NCBI GenBank assembly: GCA_963735035.1
Contig: CAVTJJ010000005.1
Coordinates: 1-64,000, forward strand
Reading direction: 5' to 3'
Origin: an uncultured candidate division Zixibacteria bacterium
GTDB lineage: Bacteria; Zixibacteria; MSB-5A5; GN15; FEB-12
DNA: 64,000 bases
The notes below the pieces were generated by a model. The model saw only the letters and a list, made by a program, of their open reading frames with translations. It was not told the origin of the DNA and searched no databases. Of this stretch, positions 41,694 to 54,025 are shown piece by piece (positions within the stretch are counted from its first letter, which is position 1; each line of letters begins with the position of its first letter). A program made the position numbers and the translations under genes.

Positions 41694-44268
41694 TCACTAC
41701 AAATTTGCCGATCTGTGTGCGCTCGGCCGATTCTACCACCCAATAGTACAAGCCCGAAACGACGGACTGGGAGTTGCGTGTGATCATGTCCCAACTGTCG
41801 TGCTGTGAACCGGGATCGCCGACCGAGTAATGGTGATCGATTTGGCGTATCATATCCCCGTCGAGAGAGAAGATGCGTATGACACACTCGGCCGGAAGAT
41901 TGTAGAACTGAATTCGTCGTCCTCGCTCAGGATCGGGGATGTCGCGCGACCTGTTTTCGAATCCGGCGGCCGCGTAGTCGGCGTCGATGCGATACGGATT
42001 TGGAAGGACGTAGACATCAAGTTTGTGTTCCGCAACCTCGGTGGTGCCCGGCTGAGGGAAGTCCTGAATGAAGTTGTTCTCCGGTTTTGTTTCGAGCGAT
42101 TCAAGACCGGAGCGAGGCGAACCATAGTCAAAGGCCGTTACGGCCGCACAGTAGGACAAGGTAGGAAGCAGGGAATCGAGCACGTACTCATATTCGAAAT
42201 ATTTCGGGAGCGGTTCGCCGTAGTCGAATACCAGGTCTTCATCCTGCCACTTGGACGTGTCGGTTCCCGGATTGACGGCGTCAGGGTAGACCTTTCTGAT
42301 GCCTCGAGGCTCGGTCAGGCTGGACTGATTGAAATCCTGCTTTTGGAAATAGGCCATTTGGCCGTCGAGATTGACCGGATTGACCCGGGTGTACTGCAGG
42401 GGGGCAAAGGATGGGTTACGGTAGAGAACACGTAATGAGTCCAGGGTGTAAGGCACTTCGTCTTGCACCCAGCTCATTCGTTCATTCTGTGACTGCCAAA
42501 CAAAACGGCTGTAGTCGTCCAGATCGTAGGTACGGGCGATACTGAAACTCGACGGTCGGTCGTCGAGCCCGACATAGATACGGTAACCTTCGAAATCGAC
42601 CCGGTTCGTGAATATGTCGCGAGTGTTTTCAGAGTAGTAGCCGTTGAAGCGGATCGCCAGCTTTCCCATCGACGATACGACGCGCATCCTTGGGGCGGGC
42701 GGCGGTCCAGCACCTCGAAAGTCAGGGACGCCGTCACCCTCGTACCACAACGAATCTTCGGGGGTGGTGTCGGTTGTTCCCGGTGGCAGGCAGACTCGGG
42801 CTTTGCCTTTGTAGCCGTCGCCATCGGTATCGACGCCCGGGTTGTCGTAAATCCAGGAGGCCCATCGGGCGTTTACCGCCAGATTGTTGAAGTTCAGGCG
42901 GTCATAGTAATTTTCGGGGTTTTTGGGATCGAAGTATTTATAGTAATCGTCGGGTGCCTGGTGGAAATCCTCACCGCCTACCCAGACAAACGTAACCGGT
43001 AAAGACTGGCCCGGTTCAATGTCGAACGGTCCAAAAGAAAGCAGATAGCGGCAATCGTATCCCTTTGCGTAAGTATCGGCCAGAGTCGGCGGCGAGAGCC
43101 AGCCATCGGGAGAGTGATCCTTAGCCGTTTCCATGAGATCATAGTCAAACTCGGGCTTTCTCATGACGTAGTATTTGTTCTTATCCCCCAGCGGGGTGCC
43201 CAACCGGTCGCCGAATGATCGAAAGGGGTATGTTTCCGTGCTCTGCATTCGGGGACCAAAGTCGTAGAGCGGCTCGCCGTAGATCCACCAGTTGAAAGAG
43301 TATGCCAGTGAATCGGACGGCGTCCTGACGACACGTGTGCCTACTACTCCGGTGCAGGAACGATAGTCCCACTGCGTCGGATTTGCCTTGGGCATTGGAT
43401 CGCCGTCATTATCGGCATGCCAGGCGATATTCACGGTGTCGATGAACCCGCACCCTTCCGGAGCCGGATTGGTTCGATAGAAACCGGAAATGTCGTCGTT
43501 CCAGCCTTCTTCAGAATTATTGCGTGAGACATGCCAGGTATCACCGTCCACCCACAAGCCGATGTACACTTGACGAAGGCGTTCCTTACCAATGTTCTTG
43601 ATATCCAGGTCGAAAAGGATGAAATCGTCGGCGTAGGAGTAGCTCCAGGCCATCGTTCTCTGTTTGATCTTTAGGCCCAAAGGGATGTGGCCCCGGGCAT
43701 CGGTTTCATCCTGTCCGACCAGACCCGGTTTCGTGATTGTGTCAGTAAACTCGGCGAGAATGTCTTCTTCGGAGTAGGCTTGCACGTCCGGATTGTAGTA
43801 TTTGGAATTGATGTCAATCGAACCGTAGCGGAAATTGCCGCCGAACTCGGGAAGATCGGGCCAGAACTCACTGGTTCTATAGACATCTTCGTCGCCGCAC
43901 GACACGAGTGTGTCACTGTTCACCACCGCTCCGATCCAGTAGGCTGCGACGTAGAGAAAGACTATGTCGGAGCCGCGTGGGTACTCACAGGAAACCAGAG
44001 GTTCGTTAGTGAAGGGATCGATAATGGTCTCGCCGGAAGTTCCGAAAGTGCCGTTGTTGGCGACGGCAAGGCGGATATTGCCCCGACCATGGGCCGTATG
44101 CTGTACTTTGGGATCTTCGGCGCTTGATTGGTACGGTTGTACGCGGCGCGCGGCCTCGGCCTTGTAATTGCCCTGTAGATCACGGGCATCAAGAACGCCT
44201 GGCAACGAAAGCAAGAGAATGATCAACGGTGCGATCAGAAATGTGAGCGAATGCAGACGCTTTACCAA
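41686..44268 (-). CDS. Large secreted protein with T9SS/FlgD-like C-terminal domain, paralog 1
   Basis: TTG start after GAGG; signal peptide; AWSYSYA.DF, SFGPFDIEPGQ, DFEGYR, PNPY...I.F.NLP..C.IRI.SLDGD...WD.ITRN.Q.VVSGLYYW. Confidence 0.75.
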   Translation of the reverse strand: MVKRLHSLTFLIAPLIILLLSLPGVLDARDLQGNYKAEAARRVQPYQSSAEDPKVQHTAHGRGNIRLAVANNGTFGTSGETIIDPFTNEPLVSCEYPRGSDIVFLYVAAYWIGAVVNSDTLVSCGDEDVYRTSEFWPDLPEFGGNFRYGSIDINSKYYNPDVQAYSEEDILAEFTDTITKPGLVGQDETDARGHIPLGLKIKQRTMAWSYSYADDFILFDLDIKNIGKERLRQVYIGLWVDGDTWHVSRNNSEEGWNDDISGFYRTNPAPEGCGFIDTVNIAWHADNDGDPMPKANPTQWDYRSCTGVVGTRVVRTPSDSLAYSFNWWIYGEPLYDFGPRMQSTETYPFRSFGDRLGTPLGDKNKYYVMRKPEFDYDLMETAKDHSPDGWLSPPTLADTYAKGYDCRYLLSFGPFDIEPGQSLPVTFVWVGGEDFHQAPDDYYKYFDPKNPENYYDRLNFNNLAVNARWASWIYDNPGVDTDGDGYKGKARVCLPPGTTDTTPEDSLWYEGDGVPDFRGAGPPPAPRMRVVSSMGKLAIRFNGYYSENTRDIFTNRVDFEGYRIYVGLDDRPSSFSIARTYDLDDYSRFVWQSQNERMSWVQDEVPYTLDSLRVLYRNPSFAPLQYTRVNPVNLDGQMAYFQKQDFNQSSLTEPRGIRKVYPDAVNPGTDTSKWQDEDLVFDYGEPLPKYFEYEYVLDSLLPTLSYCAAVTAFDYGSPRSGLESLETKPENNFIQDFPQPGTTEVAEHKLDVYVLPNPYRIDADYAAAGFENRSRDIPDPERGRRIQFYNLPAECVIRIFSLDGDMIRQIDHHYSVGDPGSQHDSWDMITRNSQSVVSGLYYWVVESAERTQIGKFVVIK

Positions 44269-44482
44269 CGTTTCCTCGATCAAATAAATCACTACCGACA
44301 ATCCGAAAAGTCTGCGACCCACATCGACTTCGCCAGCCCGGCTTCCATTCGTAACCGTCTGTCGGTGGTCCGCCTACCTGACCGGATCACCGACAAACCA
44401 ATAGTACACAAAAAGAGGGATATATGCAACGTCCGATACGACTAGACGCTTCCGGTCCGGGCCGCGTAGAGCGCCTCAAACA

Positions 44483-44513
44483 AAACGACCCCGGCGAACT
44501 GCCGGGGTCGTTT
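44483..44513. terminator. Terminator hairpin
   Basis: AAACGACCCCGGC-loop-GCCGGGGTCGTTT downstream of the 44559 gene. Confidence 0.8.
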
Positions 44514-44558
44514 CAAACTAACTCGGTTCTATCATAGACAGGATCAGGATCAAGCCTC

Positions 44559-47295
44559 TCAGAGAATGATCGCCAATTTTCCCATCTGGATGTTGCCTTT
44601 TTCGTCCTCTACGGTCCAATAGTACAGACCGGAAACGACCTGTTGCATGTTACGGGTAATCAGATCCCAGCAGTCTTCGTGGACTGTCTCGGCGCAGCCA
44701 TAGGCCGAATTAATGGCCGGGTGCGGCAATTCACGAACCAGGTCGCCGTCGAGCGAGTATATCCTGATCGTGCATTTTTCCGGCAAGTTGGCGAAATGGA
44801 TCAGACGAACGCGATCGGCAGGTATGGCACTCAACCCACGGCCCTCATAACCGCTCTCACGATAGTCGGCGTCTCCACGGTATGGATTCGGCCAGATAAA
44901 GACCGGGGCGTTCGACGCGTCACCGGCAGCAGGCTCATCGAGCGGGTAGCTGACTTCAGGCAGAAGGGTGGGACTCGTCTCGAGCGCTTCCAATCCGGAC
45001 TTAGGCGAACCGTAGTCAAAAGCAGTAACGTTGGCCCAATACGGTACGGTCGGCAGAAGCCCGTCAATCGTGTACATATACTCGTAATACTTGATGAAGC
45101 CTTCGTTCGTCAGGTAATCTGACCAGGTATCGGGGTACCTGGCGCGAATCGAATCTGGTTCGAGTACGGGCGGTTTCGGGGCGTCCGGCCAGGTCTTCCG
45201 GATTTCGGTCAGAGCGCCGTCCTCATTGCCAAGCACAGACCGGTTGAAATCCTGCGGAGTAAAGTAGTAGACGCCTACTCCTGGAACATTGAGCGGGTGA
45301 CTTCGAGGATAGCTGGCCGGATCCCAGGTAGTGCTGTTGCAACTGTCAGGCGCGTAGAGACAGCGTAATTGCTGAAGCGTGAATGGTGACGTCTTCAACC
45401 TGAAAGCCTTGGCGGATTCATCGTATTCCCAGCGGTTATAGTCTTGAATGTCATAAGATGCGATGGTTGAGTAACTGCCACCCCGGTCGTCGCGCGCTAC
45501 GTAAACCCGGTACCCTTCAAAATCAATCAGGCGCGAGAATACATCCGGCGTGTTTTCCGAGCGGACTCCGTTCCACCTGACAATCAACTGCGACACACTG
45601 GCTTCGAGCCGAAGGCCTTTGTGGCGAACCCCATTAGCATCGGTGGTGCTATAGCTTGAAGGTGCTGGCGGGGGAGTGGCACCCATGAAATCCGGTACGC
45701 CGTCACCTTTACGCCAGACCGTGTCATTGATTTCGTAATCGTAGAAGCATTGGGTGATGGGATTGGGCGGATGAGCTGTGTCCCAACCGATGGTATCGCA
45801 GTGATTGAGGGTGGAGTCGCCGCCCTGGCAGAGCGTAAATTCACCAGCGTAACCATCGCTGTCAGTGTCAACACCGGGATTGTCATAAACCCATTCCGCC
45901 CAGGTGGCGTTGGAGCCAAGGGAATCGAAATTCAGGCCCTCATACCAACCGTCGGGATTGAAAGGTAAGTTGCTGAAGTTCTGGCCAGTCTTATGGAAAT
46001 TCATCCCGGCAACGTAGGCCAAAGAAATCGGAAGAGTTTGACCGGGCTCGATATCAAACGGGCCAAAAGACAGAAGGTAACGGGTGTCCAGCCCTTTCGC
46101 CCACAGAGTGTCCTCGGGAGAGGGCGGCTCAAACCACGTGGAATCGGTGTTAGAAATCAAGGCAGTCCTGGCCTGGTCAAAATCGAATTCGCCGTTACTG
46201 AGGAGAAAGTACTTGTTATTGTCCCCTGTCGGGGTTCCCGTTCCACCATGTCGGTAGACTCGACGGTGGCCAATCGACTGTGGACCATAGTCCAAGCGGG
46301 TGTCTTGATTGCTAACCCACCAGTTGAAAGAGACTTCGAGTGAATCGGACGGTGTCCGTACAATACGCATCGCTGTCACGTTGGGGACAGTCTGGTATAC
46401 CGGAGTCAGCTGGTTCAGGTCGCCGTCGTTATCAGCAGTCCAGGCGATATTGACAACGTCTGAATCTGGTTTGCAGGGAGGTTCAAGATAGAGCGCGGGC
46501 TGCTTTTCGCGGAAACCGTTCAAGTCGTCCTGGGCGCCGTTATTTTGATTGGCTTCATCATGGATGTCAGCGTCAACGTAGAAGCCCATAAAGACGCGCC
46601 GGAGGCGGTCCTCGCCAATGTTCTTGACGCCAAAGTCAAAAAGCACGAAGTCCTGAGCGTAAGAGTATGACCAGGCGTAGGTGCTCTGAGAGACCTCAAG
46701 ATATAGCGGGCGGTGTGCGCTGCCGGATACCTCATCGGTGCTAACACCGAAGCAGCCAGTGCCAGCGCCGGAGCACGTGTCGCGGTACTTACAGATATAG
46801 TCTTCCTCAGAAACAGCTCCGTCGTAGATGTCGCTGGTTGGATCAATAGTTGAACGACGAATCATCTTGCCGCCAAACTCAGCGAAGTCGGGGTGCCATT
46901 CGTTGCCGGCAATTGTAACCAGCCGTCAGCTCCGGTGGAGACCAGGGTATCGTTTCCCAAAATGGCGCCAATCCAGAGCGCTCCACCAAAACAATACCTG
47001 GTACGGCTTCCTTTGGGGACTTCACAGTACGGCAATGTGACGCTGGTAAAACAGTCAGTTGACGTACCAACGTTCAGTCCGGTGGCAAAAGTGCCTGAGT
47101 TTGATATACCCAGCGACATCCGGCCAATGTGATGATAAGTGTTACAGTACGCCGGAGTACCCACAGTCAGAGTGCTCGGCTCGGGGAGTTGGGTTCTGGA
47201 GAGCATTCGCAGGTTCGTCCTTCAACTACGGAAAAACCGCACATCAGCACCAGGCATCCTATGACGCTGGCCTTGGTAAGAAAGTTTCTTGCCAT
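44559..47295 (-). CDS. Large secreted protein, paralog 2; frame broken near 47170-47210 and near 46910
   Basis: MARNFLTKASVIGCLVLMCG signal at 47295; ORFs 46862..47206 and 44559..46865 align in order with paralog 1 motifs. Confidence 0.75.
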
Positions 47296-47599
47296 TACCT
47301 AGTCCTTGAAAGTCCTTGATAGCATTGATCTAAGAACGTTTTGCCACCACATTCTGTGCAAAACATCCACACCGTAATTCTGTAATAGAACTACCGCTGG
47401 GACAGGAAAGCAAGCCTTTTTTGACGACAGATCGCACCACCCGGTTCACTATGTCTCTGAGGGGGTTACCTCATGTCGCCAAACGTCAAAATGTCAGGCA
47501 TTCGGGTGGCGCGGATGGTCCACCAAGAATCTTTACCTGCCAGCCCTAATTATGAGGCGGCACACTGTGCGATGTCTAACCTGACGTTTTCGGCGGACG

Positions 47600-49034
47600 C
47601 TATTTCTGCGCCGGGATAGCCACGTCAATTCTGGTCACGGCTCCAAAACCGAGCGAATCGAGCGGGATATCGAAATCCTTGGCGTTGCCGACTACCAATA
47701 TCTTGAGGGCGTCCGGGTGCAGGTTCTTCTTGGCCGCCGCTTCAACGCTTCCAGCCGTCACGGTCTCGACCCGCTCTTTGACAGTCTGGAGGAAGTTCTC
47801 CGGAATACCGTAGAAGTCATATTCCATTATCCGATTGACTATTTCTGACCGCGAGTCGAACTGGAAGACAAATGAGTTCAAGTAGCTGTCCTTGCCCTGA
47901 CTGAGTTCTTCGTCAGTCGGTGGTTCGGTTTGCATGCTCTTGATGACCTTGGTCATCTCCTGAATCGCCTTTCCGGTAGAACGTGATTTGGTCGCGGCGT
48001 AACTTCGGAAAGTGCCCGGGCGTTCGAGCCCGGCGGAATAGGCCGAAACCGTAGAGTAAGCCAGTCCTTCCCGCGATCTGATTGCGTCGACCATCCTGCT
48101 GCCGAAGCCAACACCCAGTATATTGTTCATTACGATGAGGTCGGCGTAGTCGGGATCGGTCATGAAGCCACCGATGTGACCGATTAGAACCTGTGATTGG
48201 TTAAGGTCGGGCTTATCGACCAGGTACACTCCGGGCTTATATTGGTAATCAACTTTCGGAGGAGCAGGGACTTTTGTCCCACCGGCTTTCCAATTGCCAA
48301 AGCGCTGCTCCAACAGTTTCAGGATTGAGGCCTTATCGAAATCGCCCCAGATGGCAATTTGGATGTTCTCCGGGTGGAACCAGGCTTTGTGAAACGCGAG
48401 CAAGTCGTCCCGGGTGATGGCGTCGACGGTCGCATACTCCGGGTACCGGGCGTAGGGCGATTCAGTTCCGAACATCAGCTTTGCGAATTCCCGACCGCCG
48501 ATCTGCGCCGGCTGGTCGTTTCGACGGGCGATACCCGACCTGAGGGCTACCCGCGACAGTTCCAGCTTGTCGGCATCGAAGATCGGGTTGCGAAGCACGT
48601 CGGAAAGGACCTCAATTCCTATGCGGAAGATTGTCGCTCAGCACCCGGACCGAGGCGCCACAGGCGGTGGTTCCGCCGTAGGTCTCGACACTTCCGCCGA
48701 TACTTTCGAGCAGCTCGTCGAGGGCGTCACCGGTTCGAGTGGAAGTTCCGCCGGTGCGGAGAACCTCACCGAGAATCGATACCAGGCCGATTTTGTCGGC
48801 CGGTTCCAGATAGGCGCCGCAGTTGATCCGCACTGACATCCGGAACAGGGGCAGTTCATGGTCTTCCACCATGTAGAGGCGGAGTCCGTTGGCGAAGGTG
48901 TGTCTGGTTACATCCGGAATAACGACGTCATGAAGTTTGGGATACTTGAGCTGGGCAATTTCGGTCGGGGACTGGGCGTTAACAGAGGAAATCAATACCA
49001 GCGTGACGGCCACAATAAGAAGTAGTTTTTTCAT
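47600..49034 (-). CDS. M16 peptidase, non-catalytic subunit; single-base frameshift near 48623
   Basis: NGLRLY.VEDHELP, GGT, IRSREGLAYS; no HxxEH; frames join after removing one base (NLP/IGIEVLSDVLRNP). Confidence 0.85.
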
Positions 49035-49049
49035 ATCAGCCAACCTCTA

Positions 49050-50552
49050 TTAACTCTGTTTCGTTTCCAGCATGACCACTGTACGGTTCTGCCGAGTGAG
49101 ATATTTGTTAGCCACGCGCATTATGTCTTCGGTCGTGACGGCGTTGATGCGATCGAGTTGGCGAAACATCTTCCGCCAGTCACCGAAGTACTGCTGGTTT
49201 GTCGTCAGTTGCCTGGCAATACCGGAGTTTTCGGAGAGCCGACTAATGAATGAGGCGCGGGCCCGGGTCTTGACTTTGTCCAGATCGGCCGCCGTCATGG
49301 GGACTGTCTTAACTTTCTCGATTTCAGCCATAATCGCCGCTTCACATTCCAAATTCGAATGACCGTTGGAAGGCTCAGCCTCGGCGACTATAAGAGTGGG
49401 GTATTTCCAGCCGACACCGCCACTGCTGATATCGACACTGGTCGCTATCTTCTTTTCTTTGACCAGGCTCTTGTACAAGAGAGAAGTGCGCCCGCCTCCG
49501 AGATAGTCACACATCGCATCAATAGCAGCTACGTCCGGATGCGTAATATCCGGCATGTGCCAGGCGGCCATATACTGAGGCTGCGACGGGTCCTCAATCA
49601 CCATGCGGCGTTCGCCCAACTGCGCCGGTTCTACCGTGACGATTCGTTCCGGGGCGGGGCGATAGGGAATGCGACCCCAGTATTTGTCGGCCATCTGGAA
49701 GACTTCGTCGGCCTTGACGTCCCCGACTATCGCGGCAACCAGATTCGAGGGGCCATAATACTTCTGGAAGAACTGGACGGCTGCCGCGCGGGTAAGATTC
49801 TGGATATCGGACATGTGTCCGATTCCCCGGATGCCGTATGGATGCGCTTTGAAGGCGAGGCCAATCAATTCCTCGTACATCTTTCCGGAAGGGCTGTTTT
49901 CCACGCGCATGCGACGTTCTTCGGCTACGACATCGCGCTCTTTGTACATCTCGCGCAGGACCGGGTGCAGGAACCGTTCGGAATCCATTGCCATCCAAAG
50001 TTCGAGCTTGTTCGATGGCAGGCTATAATAGTAGCTGGTATTGTCCGGGCCGGTGCCGGCGTTAATCCCGGTAGCTCCCTCGCGTCGGAGAATCTCCTGG
50101 TAGGCGTTTGGCTCGACCTGTTCGAAGGCCGCCTTGCGGGCAGATTCGAAGGCCTTGGACAGCGTCGCCAGACGCATCGAATCAAGCAACGGCCCTTTAA
50201 GGCGCTCGGCGCGCAATTCCATGGCGAGAGAATCCTCGACCGCCATCAGCTTGAGTTCGAGATCGATGTTCTTGCTTCCGAGGGTGGTTGTGCCCTTGAA
50301 TGCCATGTGCTCAAACATGTGAGCCAGGCCGGTAAACTCTTTGGGGTCGTCCACCGATCCGACATTGGCCAAAATCACGAACGAGACGACCGGGGCATCG
50401 TGTCGTTCCAGCACAATGAATTTCATCCCGTTTTCCAAAGTGTGCTCTTTGACCGAGTTCTCCAGTTTGCCGAGATCGAAAGACTGGGCAGCAAGTAACG
50501 TGGGGAGGGTCAGAACAGCGGCGAGTAAGAGAATCCAATTCCTGCGAACCAT
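49050..50552 (-). CDS. M16 peptidase, catalytic subunit
   Basis: LENG, TGLAHMFEHMAFKG (HxxEH), NAGT, ERDVV.EERR; signal peptide. Confidence 0.92.
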   Translation of the reverse strand: MVRRNWILLLAAVLTLPTLLAAQSFDLGKLENSVKEHTLENGMKFIVLERHDAPVVSFVILANVGSVDDPKEFTGLAHMFEHMAFKGTTTLGSKNIDLELKLMAVEDSLAMELRAERLKGPLLDSMRLATLSKAFESARKAAFEQVEPNAYQEILRREGATGINAGTGPDNTSYYYSLPSNKLELWMAMDSERFLHPVLREMYKERDVVAEERRMRVENSPSGKMYEELIGLAFKAHPYGIRGIGHMSDIQNLTRAAAVQFFQKYYGPSNLVAAIVGDVKADEVFQMADKYWGRIPYRPAPERIVTVEPAQLGERRMVIEDPSQPQYMAAWHMPDITHPDVAAIDAMCDYLGGGRTSLLYKSLVKEKKIATSVDISSGGVGWKYPTLIVAEAEPSNGHSNLECEAAIMAEIEKVKTVPMTAADLDKVKTRARASFISRLSENSGIARQLTTNQQYFGDWRKMFRQLDRINAVTTEDIMRVANKYLTRQNRTVVMLETKQS

Positions 50553-50745
50553 CGGCTACCTCCAAAAGAGGGTTGTCTATCATTTCAGGTTCATGAAGGA
50601 ACAGACAGGAGGCATGACCGTCAAGTGTCAAATGACCCAAACGGGGACCGAGAATTCTGTGAGAGACAATATTTTGTGGGAAGAAATTGCCTGGGTGGCG
50701 GTAACCAGGGTGAAGAATCGAATTGATACAGGAAAGGAGCATACC

Positions 50746-52717
50746 ATGAGCCCCCGGTCTATCGTCATCAGTCTGTTGGCGCTGTCATTGTTCATATTTT
50801 CCGCCGTCCAGGCAGGGGAGAAGTCCAAAACCGGCAGCATCAGTGGCTGCATTACCGACCCGGTTACGGGACTTCCGGTGATCAACGCCAAGGTTACTAT
50901 TATAGAAACGTATCAGGAAGCGACGACCGACTCATCCGGCTGCTTCGACTTTGTTGGTGTCGCCCCCGGTCAGTACCATCTTTCAATTACTCATGCCAAT
51001 TTTGGCACTATTAAAGGTCTGGTCGAGTTGACGGTCAAAGTGAGTGCTGAAAAGACCTCGAAGCTCTCGCTCTCTTTGGCCTCACAGAGTGTGAAGCAGG
51101 GAGGCATAGTACAGGACTCGCGCGGTGATATGAACAAGACTATAGACGTTTTGGGTGTCGACCGGTTACCGAGCACATCCCCCAAACTTAGCGCGCCTCA
51201 GTTAGAATCATTCGATAGAGTTCCACAGGGTAGTTCTTATGCTCCGAAGTGCGCTCCGGCTCCATATTACGAACCCCCGATGGATTACAACCAGCCGCCG
51301 CAGGACATGTTCTTCCGCGACTATGGCACCAACGGGTTTGTCGACACGCGGCGGGATCGGTTTTCGACCTTCGCGATCGACGTGGACGACGTCTCATATA
51401 ATATCGTCCACCGCTATCTCCAGGACGGCCTGATGCCGCCTTCGGACGCAGTCCGGGTCGAAGAATTCATCAACCATTTCAATTACGGCTACAACGGACC
51501 GGTCGATGAAACCTTCCGCGTCTTCACCGAAATCACCAATTCCCCGTTCGAACGCGATCGTTACATCATGAAGCTGGCTGTGAAAGGTCGGGAAATCGCA
51601 AAATCCGAGCGGAGCCCGTTGAATATCACTTTCGTCATTGACGTTTCAGGCTCGATGAACGAAGGTGACCGTTTCGATCTCGTGCGCGAATCTATCAAGA
51701 CCCTGGCCCGGCAGCTCAATAGCCGCGATCAAGTGGGAATCGTGGCCTACGGCAGTCAGGCTTATGTGGCCCTCGACCCTGTTTCGGGCAATCGCAGCGG
51801 TGAAGTCTGGTCGGTAGTCGACCGTTTGGAACCGGGCGGATCGACCTATGCCGAGGCGGGGATTCGCCTCGGGTACGAGATGGCCAACAATCAGTATGTG
51901 AACGGACATAATAATGTGATCGTGCTGTGCAGTGACGGCGTCGCCAACGTTGGACGCACCAGCCCTGAAGCCATCATGAACGAAGTTCAGCGTTTCGCCC
52001 GTAAAGGTATCACTCTTTCAACGTTCGGCTACGGCATGGGTAACTACAACGATGTCTTGCTCGAACAACTCGCCACCAAAGGCAATGGTCGTTACGCCTA
52101 CATCAACAACGATGAGGATATCCGTACTGCCATGGTTGACAATTTCGTGAGCAATCTTCAGGTGCTTGGCACGGGACGTCAAGATTCAGGTCGAATTCGA
52201 CCCGAAGAGTGTGGCCGCTTATCGTTTGCTTGGTTACGAGAACCGCGCCGTCGCAGACAGCAAATTTCGCGATAACCGTCAGGACGGCGGGGAAGTCGGC
52301 GCCGGACACGAAGTGACCGCGGTGTACGAACTTGAACTGAACCACGGAGCCAAATCAGGTTCACTGGCTACAGTCAATGTGCGGTGGAAGAACGCCGAAG
52401 GCACCGAAGTATTTGAACTCGCCCGCGAAGCCCGGATGAACGAACATTATACGTCATTCGACCAGTCCCGTCCGGAACTCCGGCTGGCGGCTGTAGCGTC
52501 AAGGTTTGCCGAGATGCTCAAGGGCACCAAATACGCGGACAATACTTCGTTTGAGACGCTTTCCCGAATGGGTGAATCGCTTCGACAGGACCTGCCAGGT
52601 GAACAGGCCGATGATTTGCTCGATATGATTCACCGCGCAGGTAGTCTATCTGACCGTCACGCCGAACGCGATGACCGGGACGACGATGACTACGGCGACA
52701 TCAACTACAAACGGTAG
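50746..52717 (+). CDS. vWA domain protein (YfbK-like) with N-terminal carboxypeptidase-regulatory-like domain; single-base frameshift near 52168
   Basis: [39 protein letters not shown]; continues as [10 protein letters not shown]...YRLLGYENR in the next frame. Confidence 0.88.
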
Positions 52718-52852
52718 AGTTCTGGCGATTGCTGCTTTCCTGTCGCGGCAGGTTTCTCGTCACCCGAGGTGGTGTGAGACCTGCCGCTTTTCATTTGCTC
52801 ATCATACCGGTTGTTGCGTATTCTTCGATGAACGCACGAAGGAGAATTAGTT

Positions 52853-53200
52853 ATGCCGATATTCAAGTATGAAAAGATCAGGCTCCAGAATATCCAGATG
52901 GACGGAGTTGACCGGACCTCCAAGGCGAACGTAATCGGCCCACAAGAGGGCTGGAAAGACCACACCTTGCGCGTCTTCCGTATAGCCCCAGGTGGATGTA
53001 CCCCACTTCACCAGCACGACTGGGAACATTTCAATTATATCATCAAGGGGAGGGGGACTTTGACAATTGGAGAGGAGACGCACAAAGTTAAGGAACATGA
53101 CTTTGCGGTCGTGCCGTCAAATACGATGCACCAGTTCCGGAACCCGTACGAACAGGATTTCGAGTTTATCTGTATCGTGCCCGACCGCGGCGCGTATTGA
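52853..53200 (+). CDS. Cupin domain protein
   Basis: PGG.TP.HQH.WEH...I..G.G and VP.N..HQF.N. Confidence 0.9.
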   Translation: MPIFKYEKIRLQNIQMDGVDRTSKANVIGPQEGWKDHTLRVFRIAPGGCTPLHQHDWEHFNYIIKGRGTLTIGEETHKVKEHDFAVVPSNTMHQFRNPYEQDFEFICIVPDRGAY

Positions 53201-53211
53201 GTTGTAGTCGT

Positions 53212-53616
53212 TTACAGCTTCTCGACTCGAAAATTCGCTGTGCCGTCAAAATCGCTGAAGATAATTCGTATCTTCCAAGTCCCGGCCACTCCGAACGCAC
53301 TCTGCTCGGTACCACTGGCCTTCAGAGAGCTTGTATAGACCTGCTGATTGTTGGCGTCGAATATGGTAACCACGGCCGTACCGCCCGTAAGAGCGGTCGC
53401 ATGATTGATAGTGCCTCGGGTACCCGAATTCACCCAGGAATAATTGAGCGTGGTGCTGACATTCTTGGCGTGGGTGATCTGGAACTGGAAAGCATCGGCG
53501 TGGTTGACGACCTCGGGTTGATACGAGGCAATCGGATTTGTCTTGTCACTGCAGCCGCCGAGGACGAAGATGGCGATCAAGGCCGAGGCTATGATTGAGT
53601 AGATTTTCACTTTCAT
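53212..53616 (-). CDS. Hypothetical lipoprotein
   Basis: Lipobox VLGGC; GGAG RBS. Confidence 0.75.
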   Translation of the reverse strand: MKVKIYSIIASALIAIFVLGGCSDKTNPIASYQPEVVNHADAFQFQITHAKNVSTTLNYSWVNSGTRGTINHATALTGGTAVVTIFDANNQQVYTSSLKASGTEQSAFGVAGTWKIRIIFSDFDGTANFRVEKL

Positions 53617-53733
53617 GATTGGTTCTCCTGTCGTCACAAGTCATAGCTTAAATGATATCATAATTCATCTATTTTAACTACAAAAGCTGTCCGGCGGTTC
53701 CTTTGATTCATGGGGCTCTCTCGGCTATCGAGC

Positions 53734-53906
53734 AGTCATCGCGAGGCTCCGACTTGTTTGGGGCCGCGGCGAACTCGACTTCGTGGGCGGCACACGTCCC
53801 GTGTGCCCCTGAGGGGCAGACCAGGAGGTCTGCCGCCCACTTCACTTTGAGATTTCCGCGCTACACTGACCCGCCTGACGGCGTGCCATCTCCACTCGCT
53901 ATGACG
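53734..53906. repeat. Paired-arm CGTC-type element with cassette (53783-53840)
   Basis: Cassette identical to 10933-10990. Confidence 0.88.
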
Positions 53907-53948
53907 TCTTGGTGGATTTCTTCGACAAACCCTATGCGGTTCACGCAC

Positions 53949-53977
53949 AAAAAAAGACCGGGTCGAAACCCGGTCTC
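53949..53977 (-). terminator. Rho-independent terminator of the RRM gene
   Basis: AGACCGGG-TTTCGA-CCCGGTC plus a T run on the minus strand. Confidence 0.8.
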
Positions 53978-54025
53978 TTGTCTTGGCAGGTCGGCTTAAG
54001 GGCCGACCGATCTCGTTACTAATTA

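Noticed and set aside
47160..47175. Selenocysteine read-through at the TGA ending the signal-peptide ORF
   Set aside because: The homologous sequence continues in a different frame, so a frameshift explains it.
41686..47295. Diversity-generating retroelement template/variable pair
   Set aside because: No reverse transcriptase in the window, and the similarity is protein-level paralogy rather than adenine-specific mismatches.
50341..50745. N-terminal extension of the vWA ORF
   Set aside because: It overlaps the M16 gene on the opposite strand; RBS and signal peptide start at 50746.
53703..53999. Short ORFs sharing peptide motifs (also 10928-11185, 58094-58402, 31683-32180)
   Set aside because: The similarity comes from translating the DNA repeats; no evidence of real coding.
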